A stretch of DNA of 63,849 nucleotides, counting the filler, from Octopus bimaculoides (lineage: Eukaryota), in the NCBI RefSeq assembly GCF_001194135.2. It is 8 parts of 7 records of this genome, joined end to end, with 100 filler letters (N's around TTAATTAATTAA, not from the genome) between each part and the next. Parts side by side here need not be neighbours in the genome. Positions count along the whole stretch, not along the records: positions 47,413 to 55,043 come from NC_068985.1; positions 55,144 to 59,679 come from NC_069008.1; positions 59,780 to 62,171 come from NC_068984.1; positions 62,272 to 63,849 come from NW_026338155.1; 4 more parts are not named here. The stretch is one strand, 5' to 3'. Made by a program: the position numbers and the translations under genes. Below the pieces are notes generated by a model. That model ran no database searches. It was given only the letters and a program-made list of their open reading frames with translations, and was not told the DNA's origin. This document shows, piece after piece, positions 52,951-63,849 of the stretch. Position 1 is the first letter of the stretch, and the number at the start of each line of letters is the position of its first letter.

Positions 52951-53611
52951 TACGCACATATTCATTTCCAAACTGTACAGAAAAATCATTTCAACGAAAA
53001 AGTATGATACAAAATCACAGATCTATAAATGCCACCAATTGAAGAATAATTGCTAGCAAAACATGAAAGTACTTCAGACAAAAAAACAATTTAGTTTACA
53101 TGCACAGATAAATGTAGGAAAAACGAAGCACATCAGCAAATATTATTGGAAGTCATGCAAAGAAAACAGGACATGAGATAAAGAATATATTATAATACAA
53201 ATATTTAAACTGAAAACTCAGTAAGCAACTATAGAAACAGTCAATTGTCACCATCTATTAGTTTATAGTGGTTCCAATGCATAATGTTTCCGAACTACTA
53301 TCTAAAGCCTATTTGAACCCACAAATCAGAAAAAATCTCCATTCATAATTCATTTTGTCTCTATACTCACATGAAATCATTGTATATTTCTTTATGCGTA
53401 TATTAAACAAATGTCAATTGTTAGATGTATTCTGAGACGTTTTTATAAGATTAAACAGACCTTAAAAATGCAGTTAACAGTTTAAACTAATAATATAGAG
53501 AAGTGACTGAAGAAACATGTTAAAAATCTTGTCCTTACTCTCTTTATCATTGTTACAGATTTGAATAAAACGCTCGCTCTCTGTCTGTCTCTCCGTCTTT
53601 CTATATATAAA

Positions 53612-53849
53612 CGCGCCCCCTTTTAAAGCCTAGCCAGTCTCATGCTTTCTATGGCGTATGTGTTCCCAAGCCGGACGGGACGCCAATCCAATGCAGCGTT
53701 ACTCATTTTTGCCAGGTGAGTGGAATGGAGCAACGTGAAATAAAGTGTTTGGCTCAAGAACATAACGCGTCGCCCGGTTCAGGAATCGAAACCACAATCT
53801 TACGATTATGATGCTGACACCCCAACTACTACGCCACCCGCCTCCACTA
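53612..53849 (-). mobile_element. SINE family C-type copy
   Basis: GTGGTTTCGATTCCTGAACCGGGCGACGCGTTATGTTCTTGAGCCAAACAC, similar to 61200-61443. Confidence 0.8.
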
Positions 53850-54170
53850 TATNNNNNNNNNNNNNNNNNNNNNNNNNNNNNNNNNNNNNNNNNNNNNNNN
53901 NNNNNNNNNNNNNNNNNNNNNNNNNNNNNNNNNNNNNNNNNNNNNNNNNNNNNNNNNNNNNNNNNNNNNNNNNNNNNNNNNNNNNNNNNNNNNNNNNNNN
54001 NNNNNNNNNNNNNNNNNNNNNNNNNNNNNNNNNNNNNNNNNNNNNNNNNNNNNNNNNNNNNNNNNNNNNNNNNNNNNNNNNNNNNNNNNNNNNNNNNNNN
54101 NNNNNNNNNNNNNNNNNNNNNNNNNNNNNNNNNNNNNNNNNNNNNNNNNNNNNNNNNNNNNNNNNNNNNN

Positions 54171-54205
<35 letters not shown>

Positions 54206-55043
54206 CCTAACTATATGTATACGCACAATCATAGACACAAACACACACATGTGTGTGTGTGACCGCGTATATAAGTATACGTATAATTATCTATATATGT
54301 ATGTATCTACTGAGAAAAATAAATACCTTAATAATTAATCTCTTGAGTTATGTTGTATTTCTGAAGATACATATACACATAATGTATGTTACGTGAACCT
54401 GTATATTGACACAAGTTCATACAATTATGTGTGTCTGTATGCTCTAACTGTATTTGTTAGTGCTGCAAGGTATGTATGTGAATATTACAAGTTTTCCACC
54501 GTTGATATCTGCCTAAGAAAACACTTAGCTAAATGCATTTCACTATATACTTAGGTCTGTAAATGCAAAATTTATCTGTAGTAGTTATGGGAGTATATGC
54601 CATGAGCGTTAATGGTAATTTGTCTTGCAACTCTTATAGATATAACTTTCGAAATAACATATTCTACAGTATAATGATTGAAGAATCTAGAAGATGACTG
54701 AGTGTCGCGTTTTTCAGTAGACCAGGGCTGTGAAGAAGCTTTACTTTGTTAAATATCTTCAGGTAAGTATATATTATTTCAAGATCCGAAACATTATAAA
54801 GACCTGCAAACATAGAAATTTGCGTTGGAAAAATATATTAATCACACAAAAACTACTCCAAATTCACACACATGTATACATACACAGGCTCATACAATTA
54901 TATATATATATTAGATAATTTGCTGTTTCGTTAGAAGTGTGGTTTCGAAATACATTGTTATGGATTCAGTGCCACTGCATGGTAGCTTGAGCAAGTTTCT
55001 TTTACTCTAGTCCCTGGCCGACCAAAGCCTTGTGAGGGAAATT

Positions 55044-55143
55044 NNNNNNNNNNNNNNNNNNNNNNNNNNNNNNNNNNNNNNNNNNNNTTAATTAATTAAN
55101 NNNNNNNNNNNNNNNNNNNNNNNNNNNNNNNNNNNNNNNNNNN
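55044..55143. other. Artificial contig spacer
   Basis: Identical 44+12+44 layout. Confidence 0.97.
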
Positions 55144-55389
55144 CCTAATATTATTATATATATATAACTTCAGCAATGTAACTACATGTGGTCCGTTGAA
55201 GGGTTTTTCTTCTCCTCCTCCTTTGGACTTTTCCCTTTCTGCTTTCCAACGAAGAGCTATGCTCAAAATGTTAAACTCTCTCCTTTCACTATAAATCAGG
55301 CTAATATTGTTCTTGTGCATGTCCTCACATTCATTGTTTTACTTTTTTGTTTTTTTATCCATTTACTTGAATTCTTTGTTTATTTGAAT

Positions 55390-55451
<62 letters not shown>

Positions 55452-55919
55452 ATGTTCATATGATGGTGTCTCCACAATGTGTTGATGATGAGAATGGACC
55501 TTTATTTAAGGAGGAATTTATTTAACGAGTTATTTAAGGACAAATTTGAATATGGACTGGACTTAGAGACGATGTTTTGGTGTTTAACTTTTGTTCTTAA
55601 ACCTTTTTTTTCCCTGAAGACGTGTAAGGTAACTTATATGTTTGACTTAAATTTGACGGTCAAATATAGCTTTATACAGAAATGTTGACATAGGAATAAA
55701 TTTCAATAATAATGGATATCAGCGTCAAAACTTTCTTTCAAATTTAAAATTTTGGATATATATATATATATATGCGTGAGTCATTACTACACAGTTAATG
55801 CCCTTTATATAAATGATTTATATATATTTATGAAAAAATGATGAATTTTTTTCATTATGAGGTCTTTTTCACGCTGACTACTTGATAAATTCTTATAAAG
55901 AATTTATCCTATATTATAT

Positions 55920-55950
<31 letters not shown>

Positions 55951-55993
55951 GGAATAATTACTGTGAAGCATTGTGTAGAATATATTGTATAAA

Positions 55994-56204
55994 AGATTGT
56001 AGGTAAGACCAAAACAATGTGAAGTAAAAGCAAGGTAAATCACAAGAATACAAATATATGAATTAATGTAGAATTACTTTGTATTCAATATTTCAGGGTT
56101 ACGACCCCATTTTCAAGAAAATGGGGTCATAACCCTGAAATAATTTGTTTTCTTGGGATCTGCCTTGCATTTACTTCGCATTGTTTTGGCCTTACCTACG
56201 ATCT
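55994..56204. repeat. Foldback inverted repeat (MITE-like hairpin)
   Basis: Inner 25-bp stem (56089-56113 / 56118-56142) with one mismatch and a CAAG loop. Outer arms of about 62 bp have scattered mismatches. Confidence 0.9.
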
Positions 56205-56216
56205 ATATATATATAC

Positions 56217-56632
56217 AGGTGTGTATACATAGGTCCAAGTGTGGGTATGTGCTAAGAAGCTTGTTTCCCAGCCACATGGTTCCGGGTTCAGTCCCACTGT
56301 GTGGCACCTTGGGCAAGTGTCTTCTACTATAGCCTTGGGCCAATCAAAGCCTTTTGAGTGGCTTTGGTAGACGGAAACTGAAAGAAGCCTGTTGCATGTG
56401 TGTGGGTGGTGGTGGTGTGTGTGTGTGTGTGTGTGTGTGAGCATGTTTGTGTTAGGCTCCCATTACCACCTAATAACTGGTGTTGGTTTGTTTATGTCCC
56501 TATAACTTAGTGGTTTGATATAAGAACTGAGATTAGAGAAAATCAAGTACTGGGGTTCATTTGTTCAACCAAAATCCATCAAAGTTGTGCACCAGCATGG
56601 CCACACTCTAATGACTGAAACAAGTAAAAGAT
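56217..56632 (+). mobile_element. SINE family B copy
   Basis: Bipartite structure. Confidence 0.85.
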
Positions 56633-56634
56633 AA

Positions 56635-56768
56635 CTACATATATTTATACACACACACACATATGTATATATACATACACACACACACATATGTATATAT
56701 ACATACACACACACATATGTACATATACATACACACACACATATGTACATAAATATATATATACATAT

Positions 56769-56803
<35 letters not shown>

Positions 56804-56862
56804 CACTTACATACATATATATACATATACACATATATATACATACACACACACACACACAT

Positions 56863-56923
<61 letters not shown>

Positions 56924-56944
56924 CATACATACATATACATATAC

Positions 56945-56977
<33 letters not shown>

Positions 56978-57182
56978 CATACATATATATAATACATACA
57001 TACATATATGTATTATATACTTACATATATGTGTATATGCATGAGTATATATGTATATACATATATATATGTGTGTATACATACATACCCGTTTGTAGTC
57101 TTTATCTAACTTGAATGTTTTGCTTTTTTATTTTATATACATAACTATATCCATACATATATATATATATATAGAGAGAGAG

Positions 57183-57234
<52 letters not shown>

Positions 57235-57353
57235 TAGAAAGACAGATAGATAGGTAGACAGATAGATAGACAGACAGACAGATAGATAGATAGATAAATA
57301 CATTGACAGATAGATAGATAGATAGTTAGCTAGATAGATAAATAGATACATAC

Positions 57354-57386
<33 letters not shown>

Positions 57387-57420
57387 CATATAGCTACACA
57401 GATAGATATGTATGTATGTA
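56635..57420 (+). repeat. Compound TA/CA and GATA microsatellite block
   Basis: Direct reading. Confidence 0.95.
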
Positions 57421-57744
57421 TATATAAATGACAGGCTTCTTTCAGTTTCTGTCCATCGTATCCACTCCCAAGGCTCTGGTCAGCATAGGGCTATATTGGA
57501 AGGCACTTGCTCAAGGTGTCGTGCAGCAGGAACGAACCCCAAAACCACATGGCTGGGGGGAAACAACAGGTATCTTCTCAGCCACAAATAAATACCCAGG
57601 CCTGTGCTTCCCCGCCAGAATTGAAATCCACATTGAAACAAACCGTGGACATAGGAGAAAGAAATAGATTAGGAAAAAGAGAAGAAGAAGCAGGAAAAAC
57701 AAAAGACGTGCAAATAAAGCCATGAGTGAGGTTTTGCGACTTAC

Positions 57745-57857
57745 CTTGACCTCTAGGTTTAAATCTTTCACTGCGTCCCTACGCCTGAGCCATGTGAGGA
57801 ATTGTTGTGGAGGTATGGGCTTTCTCTTGACCGATTCCACATTGATTTCTTCACGTT
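57745..57857 (-). CDS. Putative internal exon of an unidentified gene
   Basis: Acceptor ctgctgttttacatccgcag| and consensus donor AAG|gtaagt. Only one of the three frames is open: (E)REEINVESVKRKPIPPQQFLTWLRRRDAVKDLNLEVK. No homology recognised. Confidence 0.6.
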
Positions 57858-58856
57858 CTGCGGATGTAAAACAGCAGAGATTTGGCAGCTTGGTCAGAGC
57901 TGGCATTTCAAGGGGGGGAATGCGGCGATGATGACGGCAGCGGCAGCGACAACAACCACGTCGTCAACGACGGCAACAACGACTGCAGCGGCGGCAGCGG
58001 TAGTGGTAGTGAAGGTGGTGTTGGTGTCGGTGGTAGTGTTAGTGGTAGTGGTTGTGGTGGTGGTGGTGGTGGTGGTGGTGGTGTTAGTTGTGGATACCTG
58101 ATCTGAGGCAACGACNNNNNNNNNNNNNNNNNNNNNNNNNNNNNNNNNNNNNNNNNNNNNNNNNNNNNNNNNNNNNNNNNNNNNNNNNNNNNNNNNNNNN
58201 NNNNNNNNNNNNNNNNNNNNNNNNNNNNNNNNNNNNNNNNNNNNNNNNNNNNNNNNNNNNNNNNNNNNNNNNNNNNNNNNNNNNNNNNNNNNNNNNNNNN
58301 NNNNNNNNNNNNNNNNNNNNNNNNNNNNNNNNNNNNNNNNNNNNNNNNNNNNNNNNNNNNNNNNNNNNNNNNNNNNNNNNNNNNNNNNNNNNNNNNNNNN
58401 NNNNNNNNNNNNNNNNNNNNNNNNNNNNNNNNNNNNNNNNNNNNNNNNNNNNNNNNNNNNNNNNNNNNNNNNNNNNNNNNNNNNNNNNNNNNNNNNNNNN
58501 NNNNNNNNNNNNNNNNNNNNNNNNNNNNNNNNNNNNNNNNNNNNNNNNNNNNNNNNNNNNNNNNNNNNNNNNNNNNNNNNNNNNNNNNNNNNNNNNNNNN
58601 NNNNNNNNNNNNNNNNNNNNNNNNNNNNNNNNNNNNNNNNNNNNNNNNNNNNNNNNNNNNNNNNNNNNNNNNNNNNNNNNNNNNNNNNNNNNNNNNNNNN
58701 NNNNNNNNNNNNNNNNNNNNNNNNNNNNNNNNNNNNNNNNNNNNNNNNNNNNNNNNNNNNNNNNNNNNNNNNNNNNNNNNNNNNNNNNNNNNNNNNNNNN
58801 NNNNNNNNNNNNNNNNNNNNNNNNNNNNNNNNNNNNNNNNNNNNNNNNNNNNNNNN

Positions 58857-59412
58857 GGGGTCACGGTCCAGGTTTGTTTTCGCAACTGAGATCCAGTGGG
58901 ATTTCCGTGTGGGGCTGTAAAGGGCCTCTTAGATCGAGGCCGAACCTGTGCGCGTTCGCGACTAGGTCGATGTTGGTGGGGTCGGGATCGAGGTCGTGAT
59001 CGTGGTCGTCGGGGGAGTCGTCGGTCAGCTGTCCGCATTCCACCTCGGCAACGTGGAGAAAACCTGACCTTCAACTTGCAGGGGGGCTGTCTTGAGAGAT
59101 GTCGGAGGTGGCTGTGGCAGTAATCGTGGAGCTGCAGAGGCCGAATGGCGGAAGAACGGAACGTAGGAAGACAAAGATGACGGCAGCGTTGGTGGTGGTG
59201 GTGGTGATGATGGTTGCAATTATGGTAATGGTAGTGGTAGTGGTGGTGGTGGTGGTGGCAAACAGGAGGAGGAGGAGAAGGTCGAAGGAGCAGAAGAGGA
59301 AGGCAAGGAGGAGAAAGAAGAGGACGACATACACCGCACGCCAAGTGGGCCATAGGCGCAAGACATCCGCAATCAATGCACTGGTTCGAGTGGGAAAGGT
59401 ACAAGGGTTTGC
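58857..59412 (-). CDS. Putative large GC-rich exon with Cys4 motif, poly-His and Arg/Pro-rich tract, running into a gap
   Basis: About 185 stop-free codons begin right after cctgtag|. They include CIDCGCLAPMAHLACGVC, poly-His, KLKVRFSP and RPRSRPRSRP. GC content is well above the flanks. Strand and frame are not proven. Confidence 0.45.
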
Positions 59413-59455
59413 CTACAGGTATGATCTATTTGTCAGTGTATTCGTCAGTCTGCTG

Positions 59456-59492
<37 letters not shown>

Positions 59493-59679
59493 GCTAGCTT
59501 TGAAAGATTTGGTCAGGGATCAATATTTAGAAATTACGGACCCATAAGTACGGAAGTTAAGAATTATTGGTGATGATGAAGTTGAGGGCGTTTTTGGGTT
59601 TTTTTTTATTTAAAGAGTTGAAGATCATGGGTAGAAAGCGGGGAAACTCGGTGGAGGTGTGAGAAGCTAAGATAGAAAT

Positions 59680-59779
59680 NNNNNNNNNNNNNNNNNNNNN
59701 NNNNNNNNNNNNNNNNNNNNNNNTTAATTAATTAANNNNNNNNNNNNNNNNNNNNNNNNNNNNNNNNNNNNNNNNNNNN
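59680..59779. other. Artificial contig spacer
   Basis: Identical 44+12+44 layout. Confidence 0.97.
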
Positions 59780-59887
59780 TAGTACTTATTCTATCGGTCA
59801 CTTTTGCCGAACCGCTAAGTTACGGGGACGTAAACACACCACCATCGGTTGTCAAGCGATGCTGGGGGGACAAACACAGACACACAA

Positions 59888-59933
<46 letters not shown>

Positions 59934-60105
59934 GTATATATGTATATATATATACGACGGGCTTTCAGCTTCCGTCTGCCAAATCCACTCACAAGGCTTT
60001 GGTCGACCCGAGGCTATAGTAGAAGACACTTGCCCAAGGTGCCACGCAGTGGGACTGAACCCGGAACCATGTGGTTGGTAAGCAAGCTATTTACCACACA
60101 GCCAT
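59780..60105 (-). mobile_element. SINE family B copy
   Basis: Reverse complement of the head and body. The 3' end is cut at a spacer. Confidence 0.9.
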
Positions 60106-60824
60106 CCTGCAAAGGATTCGACAAAGTCATGCGACTGCAGCTCAACGGTGCTTCTTACATTGATGTTGAGCAGAAGAATCGTAGATCAACAGCCAGAGTT
60201 ACCAAGCTCTATCAACAGAGTTACTACAATGAGTTCAAAAGGGCGGCGTCCACCGTTGTGCAATCAGCTAATGAAAGATTCAATATGACTCAAGCTTTCA
60301 ATTCAATTTATAATAAAATTGGATGGCGACAGATTACGGGAATCTGTATAAGCAGCGCGACCGGATGATATATTCCGAAACTCCACCGGGTTATGTGGAG
60401 GAGCTAAGTGGAAGTCATCGAAAAGACCATTTTTGGTTTTGAGTGATATATTAATCCGTTGTCATGTTGTTTAACAGCGCCATCTTCCTCGAAACATTGC
60501 CTCTTTGCGAACCAAATTTCATTCACAAGGAGTTGGTCGATCCGAGGATATGGTAGAAGACACCATTTTCTATCGTTTCTTGATCCACCGTACACCTCTT
60601 CCTTCAGATTCATTATTGTGTCTCCTTCACCTTTCTCTAAGGTACGTGCAGTGTTATCAAACTCGAAACTATATAATTGTAAAGGGAACTTCTAAAACAC
60701 AACTGTACCCACGCAAGCCTTTAAACCAGACTCCTCCCATCATTTTTTTGTTCTTTTTCCGGAAGCATAGACCATGATGGTCATATGTGCTGTCAGTCAA
60801 TTCCAACAACAGTGGTACAGTGTA

Positions 60825-60902
60825 GCGTACCTAGAGCAGCCTACAGTGTACCTAGAGCAGTGTAGCGTACCTAGAGCACCTACAGTGTACCTAGAGCAGC
60901 CT
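60825..60902 (+). repeat. Short minisatellite built on GTACCTAGAGCA
   Basis: Four copies with alternating spacers. Confidence 0.85.
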
Positions 60903-61199
60903 TTAAGTTTGCGGTCCTCCAACCTCAGGTCCCACCAAGCCAAAATCGACTTTACAGCAGATCCAAAAGTGCCACCTCCATAAAAGTATCACCTGGGGGT
61001 GGATGAGCCCCTCACCCCTCACCGAGCCACATCACTGCCCATCAGTTTAAGAAAGCCTGCAAAGACCATGGCCACTGTTTGTCATCCTGTAACTTACCTA
61101 ACAAGAAAAGAACTTCGTTTTACATTCTGTTGTTAAATAGGCCAAGAAATGGCATGAATGCCTCAATTGCCATATTTTAAAAGCTAAAAAGGGATAAAG

Positions 61200-61443
61200 T
61201 TTCTTTCCTGGTCATATAGACCCATTGGGCCACTGTCCTGGATTTTCTGGCGAATATATTGTCCCCTGGATAGGATGCCAGTACGTAGCGGAAATACTCA
61301 TTTTTGCTTGCTGACTGAACTGGAATAAAGCGAAACGAAATGTCTTGCTCAAGAACACAACGCATCGCCTGGTCCAGGAATCGAAACCACAATCTTACGA
61401 CCATGAGTCTAATATCCTTAACCACTAAGCTACGCGTTTCACT
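61200..61443 (-). mobile_element. SINE family C-type copy
   Basis: TAGCTTAGTGGTTAAGG (A box), GGTTTCGATTCCTGG (B box), then GCGTTGTGTTCTTGAGCAAGACA. Confidence 0.8.
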
Positions 61444-62171
61444 ACCATATCTTCTCTTCGCTGCAATCAATAGTGCTGTAGTGGTTAGTAGTGGAGGCAG
61501 TCGATCTTTCTGGTCGAACCAAGAAATCTCCGATGGTTTTACCCAATTATTGATACTATCTGTCGGATGCAACTTCGGCAGAAGCGTCACTGCTTTTAAA
61601 ATATTTTATTTACTTATTTATTTAATTATTTATTTATTTATTTATTATTTATTTATTTTATGAGGAAGAAATTGAACTCAGAATGTACAGAACCAAAGCG
61701 ACTCTTCCACATGGAGACTCATTCAGTGCCCTAACAACTTCGTCAATCCACCCTGGACAGCATTTTTTGTTTTCTTATCGAGCCCGAAACCCAGAGCCCC
61801 AGAGCAAGGCAAAGTTGGTCCTGGCAGGATTTGAACTCACAGTACATAAAGTCAGAACAGCTACCGTGAGGCAGTCAATAGTGTTAATTACTCTTTAATG
61901 TAGAGCGAAGGTATATGAAATGTTAAGTAGGAATTGACGTATGACACGCTTTATCAGACCTTGTGGTCTTGTCACGTGATTCTTTGCCTGAAATTTCCTC
62001 TCATATCTCCCTCCCACTTCATCTCTTACTCCCCTTCACTATTCTTGCCTCTCACCATTTCCTCCTCCTTAGTTTCTTCTTTTCTTTCTTAAGAGTTTCT
62101 TTATTCTCGTTTTCTCTCCCCTAGACCTTTTCGCTTTCTCTGTTTTTTCTACATGTTCACACTCTGCTCTT

Positions 62172-62271
62172 NNNNNNNNNNNNNNNNNNNNNNNNNNNNN
62201 NNNNNNNNNNNNNNNTTAATTAATTAANNNNNNNNNNNNNNNNNNNNNNNNNNNNNNNNNNNNNNNNNNNN
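62172..62271. other. Artificial contig spacer
   Basis: Identical 44+12+44 layout. Confidence 0.97.
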
Positions 62272-62983
62272 CTAAAGTAGATGATAAATATGTTTTCTAA
62301 GATAAGATGTAGGAATGGAACAGAAAATTTTTCTGATTAATAACAGGAAATAGAATGGTTTGTGTAGAAGTAACTAGTTGTTGTTATTGAAGCGATCATA
62401 TATATTCTGTGCTAAGTAATGNNNNNNNNNNNNNNNNGGGGGGGGGGGTTGATGGTCCTTGTCCGAATCCCAGTTGTAATTTGAAAACCAAAATTTCTGA
62501 GATAGTAGCGTCAAATATCAGGTTTTCTAAGGCTCTGAAAAAAAGGCTAATAGATTTCTATGGGGATTTGCTGAATCATGAGACAAAAGACGAAATAACA
62601 TTTTATTTCAACGTTAAGTTTGATAAACTGAAATCTTACNNNNNNNNNNNNNNNNNNNNNNNNNNNNNNNNNNNNNNNNNNNNNNNNNNNNNNNNNNNNN
62701 NNNNNNNNNNNNNNNNNNNNNNNNNNNNNNNNNNNNNNNNNNNNNNNNNNNNNAGTTCAATATTTCAATATTTTCTGAAAACTAGTACACCAGTTAATTT
62801 TGATGATAGATATAATTTAAAGATAATATTAGTTAACACATTTGAAAAGATATATTATTTCTTGTAATTCACAGNNNNNNNNNNNNNNNNNNNNNNNNNN
62901 NNNNNNNNNNNNNNNNNNNNNNNNNNNNNNNNNNNNNNNNNNNNNNNNNNNNNNNNNNNNNNNNNNNNNNNNNNNNNNNNNNN

Positions 62984-63422
62984 CAGGTTAATTCTTGACC
63001 ATTGACATACGGTGGACATGGCAATGAACCACATGCAGCCTGAACGAAATATAATCTAACTCCGTCATCGTCTCTGTAACCGGCTGGATCAGCTTCTGGT
63101 GCATAGTCCACGCACACNNNNNNNNNNNNNNNNNNNNNNNNNNNNNNNNNNNNNNNNNNNNNNNNNNNNNNNNNNNNNNNNNNNNNNNNNNNNNNNNNNN
63201 NNNNNNNNNNNNNNNNNNNNNNAACAACAGCAGGCTGGCGTGTCAAACAGACAGCACACGGAACGTTGTGATCATGAAGTGATTTAGCATTAGCAAAAGA
63301 AAAGAGTTTATTAGTTGGGTACCAGCCCAGTTCATATTCACTCCCATAAATGTAACCACCCTCTTCAACTTTTGTAGTATAATTGGCCCAAATAGGATCG
63401 TTAGGTAGACATAAGAGATTAC
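62984..63422 (-). CDS. Short-chain collagen C4-like domain protein, partial exon interrupted by N gaps
   Basis: Encodes SNLLCLPNDPIW...YIYGSEYE...HDHNVPCAVC...VCVDYAPEA...LYFVQAACGSLPCPPYVNGQELT, the Cys-rich signature of this invertebrate family. Frame is preserved across the 105-N gap. Both ends run into gaps. Confidence 0.78.
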
Positions 63423-63849
63423 NNNNNNNNNNNNNNNNNNNNNNNNNNNNNNNNNNNNNNNNNNNNNNNNNNNNNNNNNNNNNNNNNNNNNNNNNNNNNN
63501 NNNNNNNNNNNNNNNNNNNNNNNNNNNNNNNNNNNNNNNNNNNNNNNNNNNNNNNNNNNNNNNNNNNNNNNNNNNNNNAAGAAGTCATGTTTAGTCACGT
63601 GTGAACGAATTGTGGTGTATATGTTAGTGTTTATGTGAGTGTAAGCTGTGTGTTGCTGTATGAATGTGCGCATGTGTTCGCAGCTGTGCGTTTGTCTTCT
63701 CTTCAAGTGTGTGTGNNNNNNNNNNGTGTGTGTGTGTGTGTACGGTTAGGTATTCGGGGTTGTGATGTGTATTAGTATGTATGTTTGCATGGGGTAGATG
63801 TTTGAGCGTGGATGACAATAGATGGAGAAAGGAAAAGGATTTTGTAACG

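Noticed and set aside
54721-54762. Possible 42-nt plus-strand exon (TRAVKKLYFVKYLQ, CAG|gtaagt)
   Set aside because: It is isolated, has no homology or partner exon, and such splice-like pairs are frequent by chance.
58861-59070. Alternative minus frame ending IPLDLSCENKPGP (PLDLS is the CtBP-binding motif)
   Set aside because: It has an in-frame stop at 59071-59073 and no good acceptor. The overlapping frame is open throughout. Not fully excluded without RNA data.
60120-60660. Possible Tc1/mariner remnant
   Set aside because: Only weak, orientation-ambiguous motif similarity, which is not enough to call.
62409-62867. 152-aa plus-strand ORF
   Set aside because: It has two gaps, is AT-rich, and shows no recognisable domain or splice support.

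Overview
Eukaryotic draft-assembly DNA, most likely from an octopus (coleoid cephalopod). This is inferred from the SINE families, microsatellite load and AT richness. The window is eight pieces joined by seven artificial 100-nt spacers (N44-TTAATTAATTAA-N44), so adjacency across those spacers is unproven. It also has many ordinary N gaps. Host coding content: three in-phase minus-strand exons of exocyst component 4 (EXOC4/Sec8, 41.5-47.0 kb), a short-chain collagen C4-like domain exon (63.0-63.4 kb), and one or two exons of an unidentified minus-strand gene (57.7-59.4 kb). The rest is three tRNA-derived SINE families, LINE remnants (RTE, Tx1/L1, R4/Dong, Penelope), Tc1/mariner and hAT debris, and micro/minisatellites. 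There are also three promoter-like motif clusters. Best leads: an R4/Dong-type LINE repeatedly embedded in (CATA)n microsatellites; a Tx1-type LINE whose 5' end sits in a SINE head and carries a copy of SINE sequence; a minimal hammerhead ribozyme inside a 55-bp inverted repeat near a Penelope remnant; and a 211-nt foldback hairpin. No CRISPR, rRNA, true tRNA or prokaryotic system is supportable. I found no clearly new multi-gene system.
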